Positions 46,189 to 60,549 of a stretch of 64,000 nt of DNA are shown one piece after another (position 1 is the stretch's first letter; each line of letters starts with the position of its first letter). This DNA comes from Blastocystis sp. Blastoise. Lineage: Eukaryota > Protista > Bigyra: Opalinata. Under the pieces are notes generated by a model. It ran no database searches, had not been told where the DNA came from, and saw only the letters and a list, made by a program, of their open reading frames with translations. The stretch is from assembly GCA_039096225.1 (NCBI GenBank), contig JBBPEB010000002.1:372001-436000 (forward strand), read 5' to 3'. Both the position numbers and the translations under genes were made by a program.

Positions 46189-49100
46189 ATGTTCTCCTCA
46201 AAAGATCTTAAGAAATGGATAGAAAGAGTTTACTGTCCATGTGCTCTTGTAGCTTCTGCTAAAAGTGCAGAATCAATTTGCCTTGATTGTGGTCTAACAT
46301 TTATCAATATGATTACGTATATATGCCATAGAATCCATTGTTTCAATTACATTTCTTTTCTTTTAGTCCTTTTTTGGATATAAAGAATGTGAACGCTCCT
46401 CTCCGATCAAGTACATCTAGTTTCACAATCAAAGGGTTCAAAGTACAACTTACAGATTTAAGACAATTCAAAGCGTTGGATAATGAAGATATAGAAGCTG
46501 TATGTAATTAAAAATAAGTTTTTATACAATATTTATATTTCGTAATATGTTTATTTTAGAATATCAAAGACTTTTTATTGAATAATCAGCCTCCAAAAGA
46601 AGCAATTACAAAATTAATTCATAAAAACTCTGGAATGCTTCCAATAGAGCTTACAGAAGAAGCTTGGTATCCTAAATTCCGTGAAGAGTTGAATAAGAAT
46701 TTAAAATATCATGAATTTGATATGATTGATCATCCCGTCGGTGCTTTTGTTGCTGTTGGTTCAGGGGAAAGTGATCCTATTAAAAAATTTGATGATTTAG
46801 CACAAAAAGTTATTGGTATGAAGCAATTCCAATCTGTATTTATTTTTATTATTATTATGTATTATATATACGGATATATATATATATATTATTTTTCGTA
46901 TTATCGATATATCCAATTTTTTTTATTGCTTACATTTTATTTTTATAAATAAAAGGTTATATATCTTATAATCTATATATTTACTGATATATATTATTTC
47001 TTTAGGGTTTATATGAATCTAATATACCTATATTTTATGTATTAGTTCATGATAACTGTACAGATATAGATGCTAAAGATATATTAAGAAAGATGAAGAG
47101 TAAATTTAATGCTAGTAACTGCAAGTTAATTACTATAAATAGTATTCCAACTGAAGAATCTCATGGTATTCTAGAAGAATGGAAAGATTATACTTCTCCT
47201 CCTAAATCTAAGTATATATATGTATACTATTATTTTTATATTATTTTATAATAATTATATTATTTTATAATAATTATATTATTTTATAATAATTATATTA
47301 TTTTATAATAGTTTTATTATTTTATAATTAAATATATATAGTGGTAAAGTTCCAGGTTGTCGTATGAATCAGTCTGATTTAGATAGTATACAGGAAGCTA
47401 TGGTATCTATTATTAAGAGAGGTATTATTCCAAATATAGAAAAACGTTGTTATCAATATAATAATGATATTGCAGCCGAACGAAAAGGATTAAGAAATGC
47501 ATTTAAATCGTGGTTACGAACTCCTAAGGCGAATGAAGGAGGTAAGAATAGTATCATGTACGATAAAGATTCTACGGAGTTCAAAATTCGTGTTCTTGGA
47601 GATTTAGCATTTATGGTTCATGTATATATATATATATATGAAGCTATTTCAAAATCATATTTATATATTATATATATTCCTTATTTACATATATATATTG
47701 AATCTATTGTTCTAAATTATTTATATATAGGATTATAATACTGCTATAGAAAATTATAGAATGATTATTGAAGATTATAAAGCAGATAGTGTATATATAT
47801 ATTATTATTTAATTATTTAATTTTTTAACTTCTTTCTTTATTCTACATATATATATATATAGTCTTATAATTATTTGGCGAATGCTATGGAGATGTTATT
47901 ATTAAGTGAATTAATCACTTCAGGTCCTCAAAGAGACACAATGGAAACTATAGATACTATTGCTACTTATTATAAGAAAGGGAAAGATAAATGTTCAAAT
48001 CATTTTATTTCCCGTGTTTATTTCTTAGCTTCAGATTATCAGAATTGTAGAGATTTCTATAAGGGTGAAATGCAGAAGTATAAACCAAATGTTGGTCCTT
48101 TTCTTGTTAAGGCATCTAGCTCTGAATCTTCTGAATTTGCCGCCATGCTATTAGATCAAGCGGGAAAATGTTTTTCTGATATTGAAAGTAAACGAGCTTA
48201 TTTTCAATATATTATGGCAGGTCATATTTATGGGAAATTAGGTATTACTGGGCACACAATTCGTTGTTATTATATGGCTCTACAAGAATTTGCTCAGAAA
48301 GGATGGCAATTTATTGAAGTATATATGTACTATTTTTATAATTGTTTTTAATTTAAAATTATTATTTATTTATTTAATATTATTATGTATTTATTAAAAT
48401 AAATTATTATTTATTTATAAAAAATATTATTATTTATAAAGAATTATTATTTGTTTATTTTAATATATTATTTATTTGTATACCTATATTTTTAATCATT
48501 ATATTTCAACATATATTTACATATATACAGAATCATATATATCGTACATTACAATCTAAAGTATCTGTATACGAATCTCCTGAGAATTCTCTTCCTTTTT
48601 ATAATAATTTTATCGCTTGTGAATATCAATCCCAAGAGATTCAACATCAAATAATGGATGAATTCTGGTCAACTATATCTTCTATATCTAAAGATAATAA
48701 TAATCATAATAATAATAATAATAATAATTCTCTATTTCTTCAACAATTACCCTTGCCCTTAATAGATATGAATTCTTTACGTATACTTATAAAAGATAAT
48801 GCTTCTTCAGATATTCTTATTCCTCTTAATGGATCTCTTAAATATGCTCAAGGATGGTCTAATTTATATTCTACTGTTTCTTATTCACGTCTTAATGTAC
48901 GTTCTATTATGGGTAATACTAATGATACTCAAGGTAATATCACTAAATTAGTATGTGGTCAACCCTATATTGTTGAATTCTATATACAAAATCCATTAGA
49001 TCTACCTTTACAAATAGATAATATGAAATTAAATATTATTAATAATAATGAAGAAATAAATATTGAGAATATAGATGATTATGTACAAAGTGAAAAGCTA

Positions 49101-50680
49101 TCTTTCTTATTATCACCTAAAGAAACAAAATTAATAACTTTACATATAAATGCATTAAAAGCTGGATTATTTAGAGTACAGAGTATTCGTTGGACCTTAA
49201 ATAATGAGAAAGGAGAACTTATTGATGTAGATTATACATTAGAAATAAAAGGAAAGAAATTACATGCTACTCATGAACAAAGAAGTACTGGAGCTCGTAG
49301 AATTGAAAGATGTTTAGAATTAGAAATACAAGATGATCAAGCTTATTTAGGATTTGATGTATAAGTCTTTTTTTATTCTATTATTAATATATATATATAT
49401 ATATATTTTAATTTTATTTGTTGATAATGTTATAGTTCATATTTTTTTTTTTTTTTTATTTATCACTTTTTTTTTAGATTGAAAATAGTAAATCTACTAT
49501 ATATAAGAATGAGATTTTACCTCTTAAGTTTAAATTAGTAAATAAAGGTATAGTTAATATTGATAAAGTAATTCTATTTACCGATTTAAACTCCTTTTAT
49601 CATAATCAAACAGGTTTTAAAGATATACAATCTATTACTCCTTCTCCTGCTTCTCCTATAGATATAGATGAAGAAGTAAATTTCTTTTCATTAATTAAAA
49701 ATAATACAATGCTTTTACCAAATGAGACTTTCTCCGATGATTGCTATATTCATATCCCGTCTACTAATAAATTGAATGTGAAATTCTTAGTATTATATTG
49801 TGGAGAAGATCAAGTATTTAAAGTACTAAGATATGAAATGAATGTATATTATTATTATTATTATTATTTTAAAAGTATTATTATTATTATTGATATGAAA
49901 TTATTATTATTAATAATATGAGAATTATTATTATTAATAATAATATGAGAATTATTTTTATTGTAAAATTTCTTTGATTATCATTATATTTATTTTTATA
50001 TATTATATATACTTTATATCATACCATATGTTTATTTTCTCTCTTTCTTAGTTTATTTGTAATCCTCTTTTATCTGCTACAAATAATGTTATTCCTCATC
50101 CTATCGATAAAACTACAGAAATTATTCAAACCATCTATGAAAACCACTCTGATTCTATTGCTATAAAAAACATATATGTATATATATATATATATATAAA
50201 TTTTATTTACTTATTATAATATATATATTCATTATTCAATATATATATATATATAGACAACTAGTCGTTCTCCTAATTATATGTTTTCATCCTTCTTGCC
50301 CTCAAATCCTATATCACTTCTTCCTTCTCAACAAATATCTACGTTTATGAATGTATGTCTTCAACAAAATAATGAAAATATACTTCAACTACCATCTTTA
50401 TATAAACAATTTATGAATGATTTCAAAATTGATTTCAAAAGCACTTCACTTTCAGGTATCTTATTTATAATTATTGTTTTCATTCCTTTTTTTTTATTTG
50501 ATTTCTTAATAGTTATTTTGAATTATATAAAAAATATATATTTTTATAGAAGAATATTATGTAAATTCCACAAATGATTCGCAATCACATCATGAAAATC
50601 TAGTTATTGATTCAGTCTGGGAATTAGAAGATGGAAGTTGTGGACTAGTGTTCAACCAACCCCAATTAACAATTGAATAA
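46189..50680 (+). CDS. TRAPPC8: TRAPP III subunit TRAPPC8/Trs85-like, multi-exon
   Basis: HEFDMIDHPVGAFVAVGS.E.DPI, IPNIEKR..RKGLRNAFKSW, EFKIRVLGDLAFM..DY..A, AAMLLDQAG, MAGHIY..GW, NPLDLPLQI. Confidence 0.85.
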
Positions 50681-51177
50681 AATAAATCTTTATTTATTTG
50701 ACTTTATCTATATTTGAATCGAATTGCTTGTTTCTTTTGACTATATATTTATTTCTTATATTCACTTTTCAAATTATTTTTACAGGTATTATTTTTATAT
50801 TTTGAAATTTTGTTCGTATTCTTCTAAAAATATATTCAACTCCTTCTCAACATACTACTATAACAAAAAAAAATTCTTGAGTCGTATATACTTTTAATCA
50901 TCAAAAAATATCTATTGTTATATTATAATAATTTATGTTTAAAATAAGTTTATTGCTTGTAACATTCTCAAAGAAGAATTTAATGCAGTTAATAATTAAA
51001 AAATACAGTTTAATGAAATAAAAATAATCTGAGAGAATATTTTGGAGGTTCTTTCCAGAGAAAATTGTATAGAATAAATCCTTTTTTATTACGAAAGTAA
51101 TATTTATTGGTATTAGTGTATGTTTTATTATTTAGCATTATATATTATAATTAGATTTCTTTGTTCATTCAGTATCT

Positions 51178-52632
51178 ATGAGTAAACTGGATTCGGTTGA
51201 GTTAGAAAATATTTTGAATCCTCAAGATTCAAGTGATAAGATGGTAGCACGATGGCAAAGGAAAATGCAACAAATAAAATCAGATCCTATACCAAAAGAA
51301 TATAAAAAAGATATGAAAGAACCAATTCATTCAGAAAATGTTTCATCTGCTGATCGTTTTATTCCAAATCGTGCTAATATGAATATGGATAAAAGTGGAT
51401 ATGAATTTTCTATTGATTCTAAAAAGGTTCCTCAGAATTCTTCGACCCAATTATACTCAGAAACACTTGAAGATAATTTAAGTAATAATAGTGAGGAATG
51501 CCAGGAGAAATCAAGCAATATCTTAGCATTTAAGAGACATGCACCTGAGCCAAATGAAGCTTATCAGAGTTCTATGAAGAAGATTTATGCTCAACGAAAT
51601 GAACAAATATTCCGAATGAAGAGAACAACTCGATTTATACCTTCTACGCCTGAACGAGTATTAAATGCTCCTGATATTCTTGATGATTTCTATATTAATG
51701 TACTTGATTGGGGAAAGAATAATTCATTAGCTATAGCTTTAGGTTCTTCTATATATTTATGGAATGCATCAAGTGGTTCTATATCAGAATTAACAACCTG
51801 TGAAAATGGATATATTTCTTCTGTTTCTTGGATTAAAGATAGTAGTAATATATTAGCAATAGGAACAAGTACAAATGTTGTTGAATTATGGGATGTTATA
51901 AAGAATAAACGAATTCGTTCTATGGATGGTCATTCAGCTCGTGTGAATGCTTTATCTTGGAATCATCATATATTATCATCAGCAAGTCGTGATACAACAA
52001 TTATTAATCATGATGTTCGTATAGCAAATCATATTTCTTCTATATATCGTGGTCATGATCAAGAAATAAGTGGATTAGCATGGTCTCCCGATGGAACTAT
52101 GCTGGCTTCAGGAGGAAATGATAATCTTGTAAATTTATGGGATTTTAAAATAGCTACAGAAACAGAATCTACATTTCAATTAACAGATCATAAATCAGGT
52201 ATAAAAGCATTAGCATGGTGTCCTTTTCAAAATAAAGTTTTAGCTACAGGAGGTGGTACTGCAGATCGATGTATAAAGTTATGGAATACATCAAATGGTA
52301 CACTTCTAGATAGTATAGATACAGATTCACAAGTATGTGCTTTATTATGGAATAGACATGAAAAAGAATTATGTTCTGCACATGGATATCAACATAATCA
52401 ATTATCTATTTGGCAATATCCACATTTAACCAAAATCAAAGATTTATCAGGACATTCTTCACGTATATTACAATTAGCCTTATCACCAGATGAAACTACT
52501 GTCTGTTCTGCTGGAGCTGATGAAAAATTATGTTTCTGGAAAATATTTGATATTGATGAACACTCTAAAGAAAAAGAAACTGTTTCTATTAATAAAAACT
52601 CAATTTCTTCTTTTATGTCTTCTATGCGTTAA
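51178..52632 (+). CDS. CDC20: APC/C co-activator CDC20/Fizzy (WD40), intronless
   Basis: C-box DRFIPNR, PERVLNAPDILDDFYINVLDW, LASGGNDN, LATGGGTADRCIK, C-terminal MR. Confidence 0.95.
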   Translation: MSKLDSVELENILNPQDSSDKMVARWQRKMQQIKSDPIPKEYKKDMKEPIHSENVSSADRFIPNRANMNMDKSGYEFSIDSKKVPQNSSTQLYSETLEDNLSNNSEECQEKSSNILAFKRHAPEPNEAYQSSMKKIYAQRNEQIFRMKRTTRFIPSTPERVLNAPDILDDFYINVLDWGKNNSLAIALGSSIYLWNASSGSISELTTCENGYISSVSWIKDSSNILAIGTSTNVVELWDVIKNKRIRSMDGHSARVNALSWNHHILSSASRDTTIINHDVRIANHISSIYRGHDQEISGLAWSPDGTMLASGGNDNLVNLWDFKIATETESTFQLTDHKSGIKALAWCPFQNKVLATGGGTADRCIKLWNTSNGTLLDSIDTDSQVCALLWNRHEKELCSAHGYQHNQLSIWQYPHLTKIKDLSGHSSRILQLALSPDETTVCSAGADEKLCFWKIFDIDEHSKEKETVSINKNSISSFMSSMR

Positions 52633-53310
52633 TTTTTTTTTTACATTCTAAAAATATCTTTTCCACTTTTTTTTAGATATATATATTTTTTATTTCTTTT
52701 CTCATTTTTCATTTTGAATATTATATATGTTTATATGTTTTCGTTTTAATACTAGTTTTTTTTTTGTTTATTTTGAAAGGAGTTTTTTATAATCCTATTT
52801 TTTGAATGGATTATGACGTATTATAGTATATAAATAATATATTATATGGATGACAGACATGATTAGAGATTTATAGACTTTTTAACTCTCAGATATATAT
52901 GAGTCATATATTGTTTCAATGAATAGTTAAACGAATAATTACGTATTTCTATAGAACAAAAAAAAATAAATATGTTCAGAATTTATTCATATATATAATG
53001 ATCATATAAAAATGCCTTAAGAATAAAAATAATATACAAAAAGAATAAGTGTGAACAACGAGGATTGTTAATAAACTAAAGAATAATATTATATGAACAC
53101 CTATATGACGTGTATAACGAAAAAGAAAAAGTAAAACTGAAAACACTAAATATATATATCCCAAAAATATGAAAACAATGAATATAATAAAAAAAAAAAA
53201 TAAAATGAAAAACACAAGCAAAGAATAGAAAGCAATAAAAAAAAAGTGTTTACTCTTATCATTTTTCAAAATGGTAAAAATAAAATGAATAAATATCGTC
53301 ATTAATAATA

Positions 53311-54819
<1,509 letters not shown>

Positions 54820-54966
54820 AATTAAAAGGTATATTATGAAGCAATGACAAAATATAAGGCAAAAAAAACAAAAAGCGTTTTTCTTTTTTATTATTTCTAG
54901 AAATGTTCTGGAAATCAGATTCATCCAGTTTTGTTTTTTTGAGTTTACATGAAAAGGTCGTGTTTA

Positions 54967-55002
54967 CTAGGGTGAATTAAAACACCGCTCTATGTCAGCG
55001 GT
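54967..55002 (-). terminator. Helitron 3' termination signal (GC-rich hairpin plus CTAG)
   Basis: Stem 54984-54989/54997-55002, CTAG at 54967-54970, followed by T on the minus strand. Confidence 0.75.
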
Positions 55003-55622
55003 TATCAAAAATACGCTTTAAGCGCAAAGTGCGCTTTGAGAAGGTCGTTTTTGTGCTTTAAAATTTTTAAATATTTATTTTGTTATAATAATATCATAAG
55101 ATGATAATTTTGTTATAACATTTATCTATTCAATCAGAAGTGCATAAAAATGATGTTTTTAGAACATTTGAGAGACAATTTTGTTAGGAGGTTAAATTGG
55201 ATTGCAATGGAAGCAAGTTCTATTGTTAACAACAACTTGATGATTAAATAATAAATTTGAAGAACTTATATAAACTAAAATAGTCATAAAAAATCGTAAT
55301 AGAATCAACATAATGAATACTAATTGAGGTTTGTTAAATAATAAAAAAACGATCATTTTCATTTATATAAATGAAAATAACACATACAAGCGTTTCACGG
55401 CCTCCCTACGCAGGCCTACGCTTGGGTTTTATTTTTAAATATTTAGTTTTAGTTTTTAGTCTTTAAGTTTAACAAAAGAACAAAAATATTTTATGTTTTA
55501 CTTTTAAGAACAGCAAATGAAAATTGAAAAGAGAAAAATAATAAATGAAAACAAATTTATAAGCAAACAATAACAAATATAAAAGAAACAAAATAATAAA
55601 ATAGAAACAACTAAAACGATAA

Positions 55623-58600
55623 CTAATTTAAAACTCCATCAAAAATACAATTAGTCGTAAATACCTTATTAGGATAGTCTTTACTAAGATGTCCTTGATT
55701 ATTATTATTACAATTTTCTGCATAAATATGTAAACCATTAAAAGAACGAACTCTACTAAAAGCAACATATAATTGACCATGACTAAATACAGGTCTCTTT
55801 AAATATAATCCAATATTTTTAAATGTTTGACCTTGTGATTTATTAATAGTCATAGCAAATGCTAATCGAACAGGAAATTGTTTTCTTCTCATCTTAGTAG
55901 GAAGTGAATCATCTGATGTAATTAAACTGATTCTTGGAATAAATACAATATCTTCACCAGGTAATAAATTATCTGGTTTATTTAATAATTGAGCACGAAT
56001 AACATTATTTAATGTTTCAAGAACAACTAATCTTGTTCCATTACATAAACCTTTCTTTATATTAAGATTTCTCAATAACATAATAATACATCCTTTTCTT
56101 AATCTTAATTTATGAGGAGGAAATCCTTGAGGAAGAAAAGTATTAAGAAATTCAGGAGAATAAGCAGCTCTTTCAGAATCATTAACTATTTCATCTTCTA
56201 AAGTATCAAAACTATAATATATTTTTTCTGATTCTGAAGAAGGTATTAAATCTAATACTTTCTCATTTATATCAAAAGTATCTTCATTCGTACAACATAA
56301 AATACAATTCTCAGATAAATCTTTTCTATGTTGTTCTGATAAAATATTTCTATTATGAAGTATATTCTCCCATATCTCTTTATATAAATTTTCTGTACTT
56401 ATACATTGTGAAGGTATTTCTACAATATTATCATTCAAATCAGATTCATTATTTAATCGTTCACCATTTCCTACTTTCATTAACCATTCTTTAAAATCTA
56501 AAGCATCTCTATCTGCTCTCATATTCTGAACTAAATGACATTGTATAAAATTATTCCAATATTTAAATCTTTTCAAACATACACCAACAGTAGATGATTC
56601 ATTTCCATTTTTAACTACTGGTAAATATTGTCTAAAATCTCCACCTAAAACAATAGTTTTACCAACAAAAGGATATTGAAGACATGGATCTTCAGAATCT
56701 ATTGAACTAAATAAATCATGTAATAAATTATCAAGAACTTCTAAAGCATAAATAGAAGCCATAGGTGCTTCATCCCAAATAATAATAGCAGCTTTTCTTA
56801 AATCATTTGCTTTTGCACTACTTCTTGTTATATGTGAAATAGACATTTCATTCAGATCAAGTGGTAATCCAAATACAGAATGAGAAGTACTTCCTCCTGA
56901 TAATAAAGTAGCTGTTATTCCTGTGAATGCAACAGCTAATACAGGTTTTTCTCTTGTACGAATCATCTTGATCAAAGTATTATATAAGAATGTTTTTCCA
57001 GTTCCACCAGGACCATCAATAAAGAACATATTATTATTATGAGGTTGAGTATTATTAACAGATACCATAATTCTATCAAATATTTCTTTTTGTTCTCTAT
57101 TTAATATTTGATAATTTCTTTCTGCTTCTCTATGTGCAACATCAAAATCATAAAATTCTAATGTAGAAACACCACTATTAGGATTAAAATGTGAAGTATA
57201 TTGAATAGTAGGCATATTAGTATATTTACCTCCATTTGATTCTATTAATGTTTTGATATTATATAAAGCTCTTGGATAACAATAATTGATTACAATAGGA
57301 TCTTGATCAATAATATCAGGATCAGTTGAAAGAGAATGATTAATACGTTCATTTATAGTAAAATGATCTATTGTATATTGATAATATATATCAGAAATCA
57401 TTTCATATTTAAATTCATTCCATAAATCCATTGCTTTATCAGTAATATTATAATATACAAATAATAAAGCAAATACTAATCGTAATTGAGAAGGATGACA
57501 ATCATACATTACTTCATCTAATATATGTCTATATTCATTAGTATCATCTAATAATCCTCTTGCTATACATACTCCTTCATAAGTTGGATAAGGTAATTCT
57601 CCATCATACATTCTTAATGATTCAAAACTTGTTGGTCTATTTACATGAGTTAATAATAATTTTAAACAAAATGCTTCTTTATTAGTTGGATTTATATAAG
57701 GTATTCTTCCAAGTGTCTTCGAATTCTTTTGTCTTGGTTTCCATATATGTTCTCCTTTACACCATGTATAATATTGAGGAAACATATCATATGTCATAAA
57801 CTCTGGTTCTTCTAAAGTAGGAACATATAAATGATTATTTAAATCATCATTTGCTTTGAAATATGCTTCTAACATAGATAATTTATTTCCTTGTATTTCT
57901 TCTGCTTGTTCTTCTGAACCATCTGTATATACTATATTCTTATCATTCTCATCATGAATCAATAATATTTGAACAGCTATATTTGATTGTACTATAGGAA
58001 ATCCTAATATTCTCCAAACTCCTTCAGTTGATGATATATATCTTGCATCTAAATATTGTTTAACTTCATTATTATTTGTTTCATTTGAAGAAGCTGATAA
58101 TTCTGCTCTCATTGAATCATGACCTTTTGTTGTATATTTATATAGATATTTTACTGTATGTAAACTATAAACTGCTTCAACATTAATATGTGCTTCTAAT
58201 TTGAGTGATAAATATGGATTATATGGAACAACATATTCATTAGTAGCTTCTAAATCACCATTAGTACGATGAAATACTACTTTTCTTCCATCATTTGGTC
58301 TAAAATATAAAGGATAAGAATCATTAGGAATTGTAGTACATTCTTGAAATGGTTTAGGAAATCCTTTCTTACATATTCCATGAGAATCTAAACATGGAGA
58401 ATTAGATACATGAGGACCATGTATATTCATTGTACTTACTATTTTAAATAATCTAGGATTCTTTTCTTCATCAGGAAGATAAGCACATATAATAGAATCA
58501 AGTTCATTAGTATCATGTATTTTATCTTGTTGTTCAACATTCAATAAGATATGAGCATGAGGTAATCCTCTCTTTTGAAATTCAACAGTATAAGTAATAG

Positions 58601-60477
58601 CTTGTGCTTTACCAAATACATTCTCATCTTTTAATAAATGATATAAATATTTCAATTTAATTGCAAATACTCTACAAACCAAATCAGGTCTTTCCCATGC
58701 TTCTTGATTAGGATATAAATTATCTACTATTTCTTTCCATTTTGGATTACATGTAAAAGTAATAAAATAATCTGGTTTACCATAATATCTTACTATTGTC
58801 ATTGCATCTAAATAAGCTCCTTTCATATATCTAGGTCCTCCTACAAAACCACTATTTAATATAATAGGTTTTCCTATTCCATTTGTTACTTCTTCATCTA
58901 TTACTTGTTCTCTTCTTCTTTGATTATATTGTCGTAATACATTATAAGATTCTGCTCTTAATTTTGATTGATTCATTTCTATAAATGATAATCGTTGTTC
59001 TTCTATTTTAGAATAAGCATCTACAATATATTGTAAGAATAATTTTCCTCCTGATAAGAAATAATTCTTATTAGGAAATGATCTTGGAAAACAAAGAAAA
59101 GAATAAAAATCTTTTAAAGTAAAAGATGATTTCTCATATACAGGATTTCCTATTAAATCTATAGGATATCCTTCATTATTAAATTGTTGATAATTAGCTA
59201 ATAAAGTAATTGATTTTGAAAAATCATCATGAGTTTGTCTTGAAGACTCTCTATCCTCATTATCTATTTCATCTTCTTCATTATCTAATAATTGATTTCT
59301 ATTATTATATCTACTATTTCTATTTGTTCTACTTGAATATTAGTATTTTCTATTGTATTTGAATTGATTTGAGAATGTATTTCTATATTATTATTTCTTC
59401 TTGGAATATAATTAGGATTTCTTCTTAATTCACTTTTAGATGCAAGAATAAATAATGGAATTCCTGTTGGATAAAAAATAGGATAAACCATAGGATCACA
59501 AAATGGATTATCATATTTCATTCTTGTAAAATGTTGTCTTATTTCTTCATTCATATTATGATTTGTATTATTATTATTAAGATGAATTCTTGGATAACAT
59601 CTAAATTCAGTATGAGGAAATGTTTCCATAGAATTAATAGGAACTATAAGTGCTATTTCATGAGAAGCAGAAGGAGTATTATATCTTCTTTGATCATCTG
59701 AATGTAATGTTTTGAATTTTAATGAAACATCTACTTGTGATATATGAAGATTATTGTTATTAGTTGTAGCAGTAGTTACTTCTTCATGTAATGTCTTAAA
59801 AGCATTCATTAATTCATTATTTAATAATGAATTATGTAATACTCTCATTATTTCTGTATTTAAATTATCATAATATTGATTATTTGATCGAAGTTGAAAA
59901 GCTTCTTCTTGATCATAAATATATATTTGATTATAATTAGGAGTAATACCTTCAGGAGGATATAAATCTGCCATAGAATGATATATATTTCCATGTACTT
60001 TATAGAAATATATTCCATTATTATCTAATCTTGTTTGTGTATCAGTACATGACATAGAAGCAAAAGCTATTGAATTATTATACCTACGAATATCTTTCTT
60101 AAATTGTTTTGAAGAATCTGTATTATCATTCAATAAATTTTGTATTGATATATCTGGTTCTGATAATGAACCTAAACGAACTTTTCCACTACGACAACAA
60201 CCACTATATTGACTATTCTTTAATATAATATTTCCTTCTGTGTCAAGTGTCCATTGTCTTCTTCTTTTTGTATATATTGTTGTATTATTTATTGTGTCAT
60301 TATAAGAATTTGAAGGTTCTTCAAAAAATGTTGTATCATAGTTTATAGTCCAAACAAATTTGTTTCGTTCATGTTCAAAATGTAAAGCATTACAACATGA
60401 ACATTTATATATCATTTTACCCAAGTCATAATATTCATATTTATTTTCTTCTTCATCAATTATTTGATATGAGTTTC
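55623..60477 (-). CDS. Helitron RepHel core (zinc finger, HUH/Y2 Rep endonuclease, Pif1-family SF1 helicase); one frameshift near 59285-59345
   Basis: CSCCNALHF..GCCRSGKV, FITFTCNPKW, VEFQKRGLPHAH, YLYKYTTKG, GPGGTGKT, DEAPM, GGDFRQ, LCNGTRL, FAMTINKSQGQT, HGQLYVAFSRV. Confidence 0.95.
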
Positions 60478-60549
60478 CTATATATAAAAGAATTGTTTAA
60501 TATTTTTCAAGATTCATATTTAAAAACAATATATTACTATTATTCATAC

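Noticed and set aside
54895-54914. Heat-shock element TTCTAGAAATGTTCTGGAA upstream of the RING E3
   Set aside because: The spacing between the two TTCnnGAA units is one base off the canonical HSE, so it is not supportable without expression data.
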